This document shows, one piece after another, positions 36,326-45,156 of a stretch of 64,000 nucleotides of DNA (position 1 is the stretch's first letter; each line of letters opens with the position of its first letter). This stretch comes from Oscillospiraceae bacterium. Lineage in GTDB: Bacteria > Bacillota > Clostridia > Oscillospirales > Ruminococcaceae. The notes below the pieces were generated by a model, which saw nothing but the letters and a program-made list of their open reading frames with translations, searched no databases and was not told the DNA's origin. Both the position numbers and the translations under genes were made by a program. The DNA is taken from assembly GCA_003531585.1 (NCBI GenBank), contig DQFX01000060.1:63320-127319 (forward strand). The letters run 5' to 3'.

Positions 36326-37276
36326 ATGAAAGAGAAAACAACGAACTACGAGGAAAAGGAGCTGCGCGCCCCGAGCGGCTGGGCGGTGCTGTTCCTGACG
36401 ATAATTCTGTACCTGGCGGCGATCGGTTTGCTTATATTCTGCGCAGTAAACATTGACGAGTACAGCTTTTCCGGGTACGACGCCGGAATGATCGTCTGCA
36501 TAATCTGGCTGTGCATAGGCTGGGTCCCGTTCATCGGACTGCGCGTTATAAAGCCCAATGAAGCGCTGGTGCTGACCCTGTTCGGAAAGTACATCGGCAC
36601 GCTCAAGCGCGAGGGATTCTATTTTGTGAACATTTTCAGCGTTCCTGCGGTTCCTAAGGTGCAGGAAGGCGGCAAGCCGGGAGTTCCGCACACGAAAATT
36701 TCCCTCAAGACCATGACCCACGACAATCGCAGGCAGAAGATAAACGACCAGCTCGGAAACCCGATAGAAGTCGGGATAGTGGTGGTATGGCGCGTTGTGA
36801 ACACCGCGAAGGCTCTGTTCAACGTGGACGACTACGAGGGCTTCATGTCGATACAGGCGGATTCCACACTGCGCGACGTGGTGAGATGCTATCCGTATGA
36901 CTCCACCGATTCGGACGAGAAGTCGCTGCGCGGTTCTTCACAGGAGGTCTGCGAGCAGCTCAAGGCGACCCTCCAGGAGCGCGTCGAGCACGCCGGTCTT
37001 GAGATAATCGAGGCGCGGATTACTCACCTTGCATACGCGCCCGAGATAGCCGCCGCAATGCTCCAGCGCCAGCAGGCGACCGCAATAATCGAAGCGCGCC
37101 AGAAGATAGTAGACGGCGCGGTCGGAATGGTGGAGATGGCTCTGAACAAGCTGAGCGAGAGCAACGTCTGCGAGCTTGACGAGGAGCGCAAGGCGCAGAT
37201 GGTGAGCAACCTGCTTGTAGTGCTCTGCGGCAACAAGGACGCTCAGCCTATAGTGAACAGCGGCTCCATATATTAA
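36326..37276 (+). CDS. SPFH/band-7 (stomatin/prohibitin-like) membrane protein.
   Basis: N-terminal TM pair followed by an SPFH domain ([14 protein letters not shown]...). Confidence 0.75.
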   Translation: MKEKTTNYEEKELRAPSGWAVLFLTIILYLAAIGLLIFCAVNIDEYSFSGYDAGMIVCIIWLCIGWVPFIGLRVIKPNEALVLTLFGKYIGTLKREGFYFVNIFSVPAVPKVQEGGKPGVPHTKISLKTMTHDNRRQKINDQLGNPIEVGIVVVWRVVNTAKALFNVDDYEGFMSIQADSTLRDVVRCYPYDSTDSDEKSLRGSSQEVCEQLKATLQERVEHAGLEIIEARITHLAYAPEIAAAMLQRQQATAIIEARQKIVDGAVGMVEMALNKLSESNVCELDEERKAQMVSNLLVVLCGNKDAQPIVNSGSIY

Positions 37277-37285
37277 GGAGGACGT

Positions 37286-38080
37286 ATGACGGATATCGTT
37301 TTTTCAGCGGAAAGCATTGCGTCGCTTGTGATAATGGCGGCGCTCGGGATAGGTATCCCGGTGGCGGCGGCTCTGGTGTGGAGGTTCGCACTGCACAAAG
37401 GTACGATGAAAGCCACTTTCATCGGCGCGGGAATGTTCTTCCTGTTTGCGATCATACTTGAGCGGCTGCTCCATATGGTGATGGTGCCGGTGGTATCCGG
37501 AAATGTCGTGCTGTACGTTGTCTACGGCGCAGTCGCTGCGGGAGTGTTCGAGGAAACAGCGCGTTTCCTGAGCTTCAGGTTCCTGATGAAGAACAGCCGC
37601 AGCGCTGAAAACGCGGTGTCCTACGGGCTGGGTCACGGCGGCTTTGAGGCGCTGTACCTTCTCGGGCTGACCGCGTTGAGCGCGCTGATGATGGCGGCTT
37701 CCGTGAATTCGATGGGAGTCAGCGAGTTTATAAACAGTGCTTCCGGCGGCAGCGACGCTGTAGCGCAGCAGCTCATGGCGCAGCTTGCGGGCTTTGCGCA
37801 GTCTAGCTATTCCGGAGCCGCGCTGGCGGTTTTCGAGCGAATAGCTGCGATGGCGCTGCACGTTTCGCTTTCCGTTCTGGTGATGGAGGCGGTCATGGTG
37901 AAGGGCAGAATGTGGCTCTATCCCGCGGCGATAGTTATTCACGCGCTGATGGACGTTCCCGCAGTGCTGTACCAGTGCGGTGCGATCAATATTGTCGTGT
38001 GCGAGGTAATTATGGCGGTGTTCACGGCGGTGTGGGCAGTTGTCGCGGTGAAGAGATACAAGTACCTCAGAACAAAGTAA
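37286..38080 (+). CDS. YhfC-family intramembrane metalloprotease-like membrane protein.
   Basis: Multi-TM with FEETARF and GLGHGGFEA motifs characteristic of the YhfC/CPBP-related family. Confidence 0.5.
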   Translation: MTDIVFSAESIASLVIMAALGIGIPVAAALVWRFALHKGTMKATFIGAGMFFLFAIILERLLHMVMVPVVSGNVVLYVVYGAVAAGVFEETARFLSFRFLMKNSRSAENAVSYGLGHGGFEALYLLGLTALSALMMAASVNSMGVSEFINSASGGSDAVAQQLMAQLAGFAQSSYSGAALAVFERIAAMALHVSLSVLVMEAVMVKGRMWLYPAAIVIHALMDVPAVLYQCGAINIVVCEVIMAVFTAVWAVVAVKRYKYLRTK

Positions 38081-38101
38081 CAGGGCAGGGAGGTGAGCCG
38101 C

Positions 38102-38287
38102 ATGGCTGACGGCGAAAAGAAGGAAAAGAAGCAGATACCCCTGCGGCTCTCCGCGACGCTTTACAACGAGCTTATGCAGTGGGCAGAGGACGATTTCCGC
38201 TCGGTGAACGGGCAGATAGAGTACCTGCTGACCGAGTGCGTGAAGTACCGCAAGAAGCACTCAAAGCCGGAAAAGGAGGACGAATGA
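38102..38287 (+). CDS. Arc-type ribbon-helix-helix DNA-binding protein (61 aa).
   Basis: QIPLRLSATLYNEL...DFRSVNGQIEYLLTECVKYRKK parallels phage P22 Arc (FNLRWPREVLDLV...NGRSVNSEIYQRVMESFKK). GGAGG RBS; the ORF extends to GTG 38093. Confidence 0.6.
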   Translation: MADGEKKEKKQIPLRLSATLYNELMQWAEDDFRSVNGQIEYLLTECVKYRKKHSKPEKEDE

Positions 38288-38643
38288 ACGACGGTGTTGT
38301 GTATCTTCTGAGCTACCTTATACTGCCGGTTCTGCTGATCGTTGTGGGACTTGTCATGTGGAGGTTCCCGCCGGGGTACGGCGGCAGCGTGGGCTACAGG
38401 ACGAAGCGTTCCCGCAGCAGCCGGCAGGCGTGGGATTTCGCGCAGGTGTACTGGGGAAGGCTGATTCTGGTGATGAGCATTCCTATGCTGGCAGTTTCCG
38501 TGGGCGCTGGAGTGTTTCAGATAGTAAAGCCGCTGAGCGAGGAGGCAGGTCTGCTGGTGTTCTGCGTTATTATGACGCTTCAGCTTGTTCCGATGTTTGT
38601 GAGCATAGGGGTCACGGAATCGGCTTTGAAAAGGCGCTTTTAA
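38284..38643 (+). CDS. SdpI/YhfL-family membrane protein (120 aa).
   Basis: ATGA overlap with the RHH gene; TM helices; PPGYGGSVGYRTKRSRSSRQAWDFAQ resembles the SdpI-family loop motif. Confidence 0.55.
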   Translation: MNDGVVYLLSYLILPVLLIVVGLVMWRFPPGYGGSVGYRTKRSRSSRQAWDFAQVYWGRLILVMSIPMLAVSVGAGVFQIVKPLSEEAGLLVFCVIMTLQLVPMFVSIGVTESALKRRF

Positions 38644-38646
38644 TAG

Positions 38647-38804
38647 GGAACCTCTAAAAACCGGTTTGAAAAGGGAAAATGGGTAGAGTGCGCCGAATGC
38701 GATGAAAGCCGACGAAGTAAGGCTGTATGCCTTACGAGGAGGTTTGAAGAAGCAGTCGGTGTGCTATACACATTTTCACTCAAACAAGGTTTTTAGAGGT
38801 GACC
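38647..38804. repeat. MITE-like element copy 2 (158 bp), with the same terminal inverted repeats as copy 1.
   Basis: Left end AATAGGGAACCTCTAAAAACCGG; right end GGTTTTTAGAGGTGACCAATAG. An internal ggtttgaagaagcag block resembles ggtttgacaacgaagcag in copy 1. Confidence 0.55.
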
Positions 38805-38815
38805 AATAGAAAAAA

Positions 38816-38842
38816 CAGGGCAAGCCGCTATGGCTTGCCCTG
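38816..38842 (-). terminator. Terminator of the HdeD-like gene.
   Basis: Perfect hairpin cagggcaagcc gctat ggcttgccctg followed by ttttttc on the minus strand. Confidence 0.6.
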
Positions 38843-38879
38843 TTGAAATATGTCGTCTGAAACGGTTCAGAAATCCGCG

Positions 38880-39473
38880 TTAATCGTCGCGTTCCTCGCA
38901 TTCGCCTTCGATAACGTCGGGACGCTGGTTCTTGATTATCTTGATAGCGGTGATAGCAGTGATGAGATTCAGAATGCCTTCTGAAAGTATCGAGATACCG
39001 AGAAGTATCATAAGAAGGTTACTGCCCGCGCCGGGCCTCAGCATGAGCGCCAGACCTAGTAAACCGGTAATGACCGCCATCGCGAAAATCAGCCACCATC
39101 TGCCGAGCCCGAATTTCTTGGCTTCGAATGCGGTCTGGATTTTCAGAACGCCGTCAAGCAGGAAGAACAGACCCATGGCGCTGCATACGAATATCATCAG
39201 GCTTGCGGGGTTTATCAGAACGATGACGCCAAGCGCGATAAGGATAATTCCCGAGGTGAGGTCGTGCTGGAACGCCAGCCGGTAGAGATCCTTAGAAAAA
39301 TACCCCGCCATTCTGACGGCTCCGAAAACTATCAAGATGATTCCGATGAGAACGCCGATAAGCCCCGAGAAAACCTCAGGCAGGCAGATGAGCAGAATAC
39401 CCAGCACGCACAGCGCTGCGGACATCACGATATAGCCGATCTTTGCGGCTCTCATAGGTAAAACAGATCGCAT
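38880..39473 (-). CDS. HdeD/DUF308 family membrane protein.
   Basis: Repeated small TM hairpins with the GxxxG-rich pattern typical of DUF308. Confidence 0.65.
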   Translation of the reverse strand: MRSVLPMRAAKIGYIVMSAALCVLGILLICLPEVFSGLIGVLIGIILIVFGAVRMAGYFSKDLYRLAFQHDLTSGIILIALGVIVLINPASLMIFVCSAMGLFFLLDGVLKIQTAFEAKKFGLGRWWLIFAMAVITGLLGLALMLRPGAGSNLLMILLGISILSEGILNLITAITAIKIIKNQRPDVIEGECEERDD

Positions 39474-39609
39474 ACAAATCCCTCCAGTAGGTATTTAAGC
39501 CGCACCGGAAACCGGTGTGCCTTTATTCTTACTGATATTATATCACAAGTTTACAGGCATTAAAACGGTCAATTTTTCCTGAATGGGGGGGAAACGAGCG
39601 GCTCCGGGG

Positions 39610-39789
39610 TCAGGTAAGCCCGCAGAGGGTTTCGGTCTCGTCGAAACCGTCGTAGGACACCACGCACACCCGGAACTTCTCCTAAAGCAGCGGGATAACC
39701 TCGCCGAAGTTCGTTTTCCAGTAGCAGCACGTTCCCGGGAGCAGCATTATTGCCGGTTTTGTTTCATCGCCAAATTCGTATACTGTCAT
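39610..39789 (-). pseudogene. Remnant of an alpha/beta-hydrolase gene: about 60 N-terminal codons with an in-frame amber stop, the rest deleted.
   Basis: Strong RBS AAAGGAG 8 nt upstream of ATG 39789. MTVYEFGDETKPAIMLLPGTCCYWKTNFGEVIPLL-TAG-EKFRVCVVSYDGFDETETLCGLT-TGA. Confidence 0.45.
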
Positions 39790-40143
39790 TTTCGGATCTC
39801 CTTTTAACCTTATAATATGTTATATAAAGCTAACCACATTTTATAATCATTCACAGCATGATTATATCACACAATTTTCATTTTTGCAACCCTTTTAATT
39901 GTGAAAACCACATGAAATGTTAAGTGCCTTCAAACCGCATAGCAATGCGATTTTCCGCGCTGTTATGCGGTTATGGTTTTGTAAACAAATTAATATGGTT
40001 AAATTTGCTGAAAACGGCTTGACAAATGGGCTAAAATATGTCAGAATAGCGGGTTTACATTAAAAAAAATATGTACTATAATAATAAGGCAACTAATCAA
40101 TGCGAATGGCATGACAGACAACAACACAAGGAGGAATAAAAGC

Positions 40144-41925
40144 ATGTTAAAAACACTTGCGGCGCAGATAAAGCAATATAAACGATCGACGCTGCTTACC
40201 CCCCTATTTACAGTGCTGGAAGTCGTGATGGAGGTACTTATCCCGTTCGTCACGGCGGCTATAATCGACAAAGGCATTAACGCCGGAGATATATCCAAGG
40301 TGTACATTTACGGCGGCATTATGCTCGTCATGGCGTTCATGAGCCTTACATTCGGCGTACTCGCCGGCAAGTTCGCTGCGAACGCTTCCGCGGGATTCGC
40401 ATGTAATCTCCGTGACGCAATGTTCACCAATATCCAGCAGTTCTCGTTCTCAAACATAGATAAGTTCAGCACCGCCGGTCTCGTTACACGTATGACCACC
40501 GACGTCACCAATCTCCAGAACGCGTTCCAGATGATAATACGCATTGCTGTAAGAGCTCCTATCATGCTCGTAAGCAGCATTGTAATGTGTATGTTCATTA
40601 ACGTGCGCGTCAGCCTGATATTCCTCGGCGCGATGGTGGTTCTGGGAACCGTTCTTGCTATCATCGTTTCCAAGGCTACCAAGGTGTTCGACAAGGTTTT
40701 CCCGAGGTACGACGACCTCAATGCCAGCGTTCAGGAGAATATTTCCGGTATCCGCGTTGTAAAGGGCTTCGTGCGCGAACAGCACGAGAACGAAAAGTTC
40801 GTGAATGCTTCCGGAAGTCTCTACAGGATGTTCATTAAGGCGGAGAAGATCATATCCTGGAACAATCCGGTTATGATGTTCGTTATTTACGCGTGCATTC
40901 TGCTGATATCCTGGTTCGGCGCGCAGTTCATCGTAGGCGGCACCCTCACCACCGGCGAGCTGACCTCACTGTTCAGCTACATCATGAGCGCGCTGATGGC
41001 TCTGATGATGCTTTCGATGATCTTCGTTATGATCACCATGTCGGTGGCGAGCGCACGCCGTATCTGCGAGGTGCTCAACGAAAAGTCCGACATCACCAAC
41101 CCGGAGAACCCCGTTATGGAGATCACAGACGGTTCCATCGACTTCGACCACGTCAACTTCACATACAAGCACAAGTCGGATCAGCTCAAGGCGAAGAAAT
41201 CCGACCTTGACGGCGGCGAGGAGATACTCAGCGACATCGACCTGCATATACATTCCGGCGAGACCATCGGAATCATAGGCGGCACGGGCTGCGGCAAGTC
41301 CACATTTGCGAGCCTCATCAGCCGTCTGTACGACGTAGACAGCGGCTCTGTCAGAGTAGGCGGCGTAGACGTTCGCAAGTACGACCTCGAGCTGCTCCGC
41401 GACAAGGTAGCCGTAGTGCTCCAGAAGAACGTGCTGTTCTCCGGAACGATACTCGACAACCTCCGCTGGGGCAACGAGAACGCCACCGAAGCGGAGTGCG
41501 AGGAAGCATGCAGACTTGCCTGCGCAGATGAGTTCATCGAGAGAATGCCCGACCGCTACAGCACGATGATAGAGCAGGGCGGCGCGAACGTATCCGGCGG
41601 TCAGAAGCAGAGACTCTGTATCGCAAGAGCGCTGCTGAAGAGCCCGAAGATACTTATACTCGACGATTCCACCAGCGCGGTCGACACCGCGACCGACGCG
41701 AAGATACGCCAGGCGTTCGCCGAGAAGATCCCCGGAACAACTAAGATCATCATTGCGCAGCGAATCTCCAGCGTTAAGGACGCGGACCGCATAATCGTAA
41801 TGGACGACGGCAGTATCTGCGGATTTGCTCCGCACGACGAGCTGTTAAAGACCAACGAGATCTACCGCGAGATCTACACGCTCCAGACCCAGTCCGGCGG
41901 CGATTTCGACAAACCTAATGAATAA
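40144..41925 (+). CDS. ABC transporter permease/ATP-binding protein (exporter half-transporter, subunit 1).
   Basis: 6-TM domain plus NBD with Walker A GGTGCGKST and signature VSGGQKQR. ATG 40144 after AGGAGGAATAAAAGC. Confidence 0.85.
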   Translation: MLKTLAAQIKQYKRSTLLTPLFTVLEVVMEVLIPFVTAAIIDKGINAGDISKVYIYGGIMLVMAFMSLTFGVLAGKFAANASAGFACNLRDAMFTNIQQFSFSNIDKFSTAGLVTRMTTDVTNLQNAFQMIIRIAVRAPIMLVSSIVMCMFINVRVSLIFLGAMVVLGTVLAIIVSKATKVFDKVFPRYDDLNASVQENISGIRVVKGFVREQHENEKFVNASGSLYRMFIKAEKIISWNNPVMMFVIYACILLISWFGAQFIVGGTLTTGELTSLFSYIMSALMALMMLSMIFVMITMSVASARRICEVLNEKSDITNPENPVMEITDGSIDFDHVNFTYKHKSDQLKAKKSDLDGGEEILSDIDLHIHSGETIGIIGGTGCGKSTFASLISRLYDVDSGSVRVGGVDVRKYDLELLRDKVAVVLQKNVLFSGTILDNLRWGNENATEAECEEACRLACADEFIERMPDRYSTMIEQGGANVSGGQKQRLCIARALLKSPKILILDDSTSAVDTATDAKIRQAFAEKIPGTTKIIIAQRISSVKDADRIIVMDDGSICGFAPHDELLKTNEIYREIYTLQTQSGGDFDKPNE

Positions 41926-41939
41926 GGAGGCGGAAACAT

Positions 41940-43874
41940 ATGGCAATGGGAAACAGGCGTCAGCCTGCTGCGATAAATCGCAAGAATATGGATTTCAAGG
42001 TGCTGGGCAGAGTGCTCGGCTATATGATGAAGCGCTATAAGTTCCGCTTTATACTGGTTCTCGTATGCATACTCATCACGGCTGTAACCACCCTGGTGGG
42101 AATGCTGTTCATGCAGAGCCTCATCGACGATTACATCACGCCGATGCTGAATGTGGTAAACGCCGGCGGCACCGCGGATTTCGCTCCGCTGCTCGGGGCG
42201 CTGGTGCGTATCGCGCTGATATACGTTGTGGGCATTATAAGCTCCTTCACTTATAACAGGCTGATGATCTACATTACCCAGGGTACCATGCGCGACCTCA
42301 GAAACGACATTTTCACGCACATGGAATCCCTTCCGATAAAGTATTTCGACACAAACGCTCACGGCGATATCATGTCCATCTACACCAACGACGTGGACAC
42401 CCTCCGCCAGCTTATCAGCCAGAGCATTCCGCAGATGGTGAACTCGCTCGTAACGCTGATAATCACATTTGTCAGCATGATAGTGCTGAGCATTCCGCTG
42501 ACCGTTCTCACCGTTGTTATGGTGCTGGTAATGATGTTTGCAGCAAGCAAGATAGGCGGCAAATCCGCAAAGTACTTCGGCGCACAGCAGAAGGACCTCG
42601 GTATCGTAAACGGCTACATCGAGGAAATGATGGAAGGTCAGAAGGTAGTAAAGGTATTCAACCATGAGGAGAAGAACATGGAGAGCTTCAGACAGCTCAA
42701 CGATCAGCTCCGCGTTTCCGCAGACAATGCGAACAAGTTCGCGAATATCCTCATGCCTGTCAGCGCGAACCTCGGAAATATCAGCTACGTGCTCTGCGTT
42801 GCAGTAGGCGCGGTGCTTTCTCTGGTGCTCGGCTCCGACGTGACCGGACTTACCCTCGGTTCGCTGGTCGCGTTCCTTACGCTGAACAAGAGCTTCTCTC
42901 AGCCGGTGATACAGGTCAGCCAGCAGCTCAACGCAGTGGTTATGGCTATGGCAGGCGCGAAGCGTGTATTTAAGCTGCTTGATGAAAAGCCCGAGACCGA
43001 CGATGGCTACGTTGAGCTTGTAAACGCAAACATCGCCGAGGACGGCACCATCACCGAGTCCGAAAAGCGCACCGGCGTATGGGCGTGGAAGCACCCGCAC
43101 ACCGCCGACGGCACCGTGTCCTACCGCAGGCTGGAGGGCAGCGTTGTATTCGACGGCGTAGACTTCGGCTATAACGAGGACAAGATGGTGCTCCATGACA
43201 TCAAGCTCCACGCGGAGCCCGGACAGAAGATAGCGTTCGTAGGCTCCACCGGCGCGGGCAAGACCACCATCACGAACCTCATCAACCGTTTCTACGACAT
43301 TCAGGACGGCAAGATACGCTACGACGACATCAACATCAACAAGATAAAGAAGGCGGATCTTCGCCGTTCACTGGGACTGGTTCTCCAGGATACCCACCTG
43401 TTCACCGGCACGGTAATGGACAATATCCGCTACGGACGTCTTGACGCCACCGACGAGGAGTGCATCGCGGCTGCAAAGCTCGCGAATGCTCACAGCTTCG
43501 TTAAGCGCCTTCCGGACGGCTACGGCACCATGCTGACCGGCGACGGCGCGAACCTCTCGCAGGGTCAGCGCCAGCTTCTTGCGATAGCGAGAGCGGCAGT
43601 CGCAGACCCGCCCGTGCTGATACTCGACGAGGCTACGTCCTCCATCGACACCAGAACCGAGCGCCTTGTGCAGGACGGCATGGATAAGCTCATGAGCGGC
43701 AGAACAACGTTCGTTATCGCGCACAGACTGTCCACGGTACGCAATTCCGACTGCATAATGGTACTCGAACAGGGCAGGATAATCGAGCGCGGAAGCCACG
43801 ACAAGCTCATCAAGGAGCAGGGACGCTACTATCAGCTCTACACCGGCAAGCCGGCTAAGAAAGCGGCTGAGTAA
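41940..43874 (+). CDS. ABC transporter permease/ATP-binding protein (subunit 2 of a probable heterodimeric exporter).
   Basis: TMD plus NBD with Walker A GSTGAGKTT and signature LSQGQRQL; 14-nt gap from subunit 1 with an AAGGAGG RBS. Confidence 0.85.
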   Translation: MAMGNRRQPAAINRKNMDFKVLGRVLGYMMKRYKFRFILVLVCILITAVTTLVGMLFMQSLIDDYITPMLNVVNAGGTADFAPLLGALVRIALIYVVGIISSFTYNRLMIYITQGTMRDLRNDIFTHMESLPIKYFDTNAHGDIMSIYTNDVDTLRQLISQSIPQMVNSLVTLIITFVSMIVLSIPLTVLTVVMVLVMMFAASKIGGKSAKYFGAQQKDLGIVNGYIEEMMEGQKVVKVFNHEEKNMESFRQLNDQLRVSADNANKFANILMPVSANLGNISYVLCVAVGAVLSLVLGSDVTGLTLGSLVAFLTLNKSFSQPVIQVSQQLNAVVMAMAGAKRVFKLLDEKPETDDGYVELVNANIAEDGTITESEKRTGVWAWKHPHTADGTVSYRRLEGSVVFDGVDFGYNEDKMVLHDIKLHAEPGQKIAFVGSTGAGKTTITNLINRFYDIQDGKIRYDDININKIKKADLRRSLGLVLQDTHLFTGTVMDNIRYGRLDATDEECIAAAKLANAHSFVKRLPDGYGTMLTGDGANLSQGQRQLLAIARAAVADPPVLILDEATSSIDTRTERLVQDGMDKLMSGRTTFVIAHRLSTVRNSDCIMVLEQGRIIERGSHDKLIKEQGRYYQLYTGKPAKKAAE

Positions 43875-43892
43875 GTCAACAGAATAACACAG

Positions 43893-43932
43893 CGGCAGGT
43901 CAACTTATCGACCTGCCGTTTTGCATTATTTT
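43893..43932. terminator. Bidirectional terminator between the ABC exporter pair (+) and the orphan gene (-).
   Basis: Perfect hairpin cggcaggtc aacttatc gacctgccg followed by ttttgcattattttt. Confidence 0.65.
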
Positions 43933-45038
43933 TGAAGTATCTTGTAGTACCAGTCCGGAGTATCGCCGAAATCCTCCGCAAGCTTGTCGCCGTATTCGTC
44001 GCGGATTTTCGCACAGAGCAGTGCGAATTCCCGGAGGATAGGCTGCGACTCGCCTTCCATTTCTATTTCGTAATCCTGCTCGGCAAGTGTGTTGATATCA
44101 AAGTTGCAGCCGCTTATATCCAACCACACGCGGAACCTGTACCCATCGGAAATTTTCTGAATATACGCGCGGTATGTGTATCCGTGGCTGTCGCGGCAGT
44201 CATATTCGCCAAGCCAGCCGGGATTTCCCTTTTGGTGCGTGAATCCCGTTCCGGCGAACGCTTTTTTCATCACCGGGATATCCGCAAGATGAGGGATCGG
44301 CTTCTTGTCGCTGTTGTATGTATAACGCTTTGGCACGGGAAGCATTTTTTTCATAACCCCATCAAGATACTTGAAGTGATTCGTTTTAAGCTCTGTGAAT
44401 CTATTGTTCTCTTCCCTGGAGAAAATGCATTTCGTTTCGGCTTCAACAGGATTTCCGAGATAGGGTATCAGCTTTTGGATAACAATGGAGGAATCACGCG
44501 GTTCGGGGTCGGCTGTGACCTCGATACATACCGAAATCATAACGCGTTTCAGACCGTCGTCATAGCATCGTTCTTGCGCAATATAGTTCGAGAAAAAGTG
44601 AACGTTTGTGAGTTTGGAAATATCAGCATTTTCCCATAATAAGTCGGGGGCAGGCTCGTAGATTTCTTCACCGAGCCAGTTCACGCCGCTGAGTAGGACG
44701 TGCCCGAACGGAATATTAAAAGGGCGCGGTATTTTTGAAAACACTGCGAAGATATCGTCATAGTCCGATTTATCGGCGAAGATCTCCCCGGATAACCAGT
44801 TTTCCGTGTAGCTGCATATCATCGGTTCATCTTCTGCTGATTTGAAGTACTTTTTAAGTTTCGGTAATTTTTCAAGCACATTTGATATAGTCCTGTCCCC
44901 AGACACGGTACTTGCTGCAAATGCAAGGTCAGACCAGCCAAGCCCAAGCTCCGAAAGCATATTCTGAATATATGACTGAGCGTCCTTGAACTTTACTTTA
45001 TCCGCGATGTTGAACCTGTATATGTTGAAAACTCTCAT
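43926..45038 (-). CDS. Hypothetical protein (370 aa) of unknown function, with lower GC than the surroundings.
   Basis: Intact ORF with RBS, its own promoter (45080..45108) and a shared terminator. Estimated GC about 47% against about 60% in the flanks. No recognised motifs. Confidence 0.55.
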   Translation of the reverse strand: MRVFNIYRFNIADKVKFKDAQSYIQNMLSELGLGWSDLAFAASTVSGDRTISNVLEKLPKLKKYFKSAEDEPMICSYTENWLSGEIFADKSDYDDIFAVFSKIPRPFNIPFGHVLLSGVNWLGEEIYEPAPDLLWENADISKLTNVHFFSNYIAQERCYDDGLKRVMISVCIEVTADPEPRDSSIVIQKLIPYLGNPVEAETKCIFSREENNRFTELKTNHFKYLDGVMKKMLPVPKRYTYNSDKKPIPHLADIPVMKKAFAGTGFTHQKGNPGWLGEYDCRDSHGYTYRAYIQKISDGYRFRVWLDISGCNFDINTLAEQDYEIEMEGESQPILREFALLCAKIRDEYGDKLAEDFGDTPDWYYKILQK

Positions 45039-45079
45039 GCTTACCTCTCAAACCGCTTGATTTTGTTTGCGATGATATC

Positions 45080-45108
45080 AGTATAGCATAAGAAGCGGAA
45101 AATGTCAA
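45080..45108 (-). promoter_or_regulatory. Promoter of the orphan 370-aa gene.
   Basis: Minus strand reads TTGACA, 17-nt spacer, TATACT. Confidence 0.5.
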
Positions 45109-45116
45109 TAGAAAAA

Positions 45117-45140
45117 GGGAGAACCTTTCGATTCTCCCTT
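45117..45140 (-). terminator. Terminator of aspS.
   Basis: Minus-strand hairpin gggagaa tcgaaagg ttctccc followed by tttttc. Confidence 0.55.
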
Positions 45141-45156
45141 AGTGCTATTCTGAAAA

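Noticed and set aside
40966-43211. 289-aa and 445-aa minus-strand ORFs across the two ABC exporter genes.
   Set aside because: Antisense to well-supported ABC transporter genes with Walker and signature motifs.
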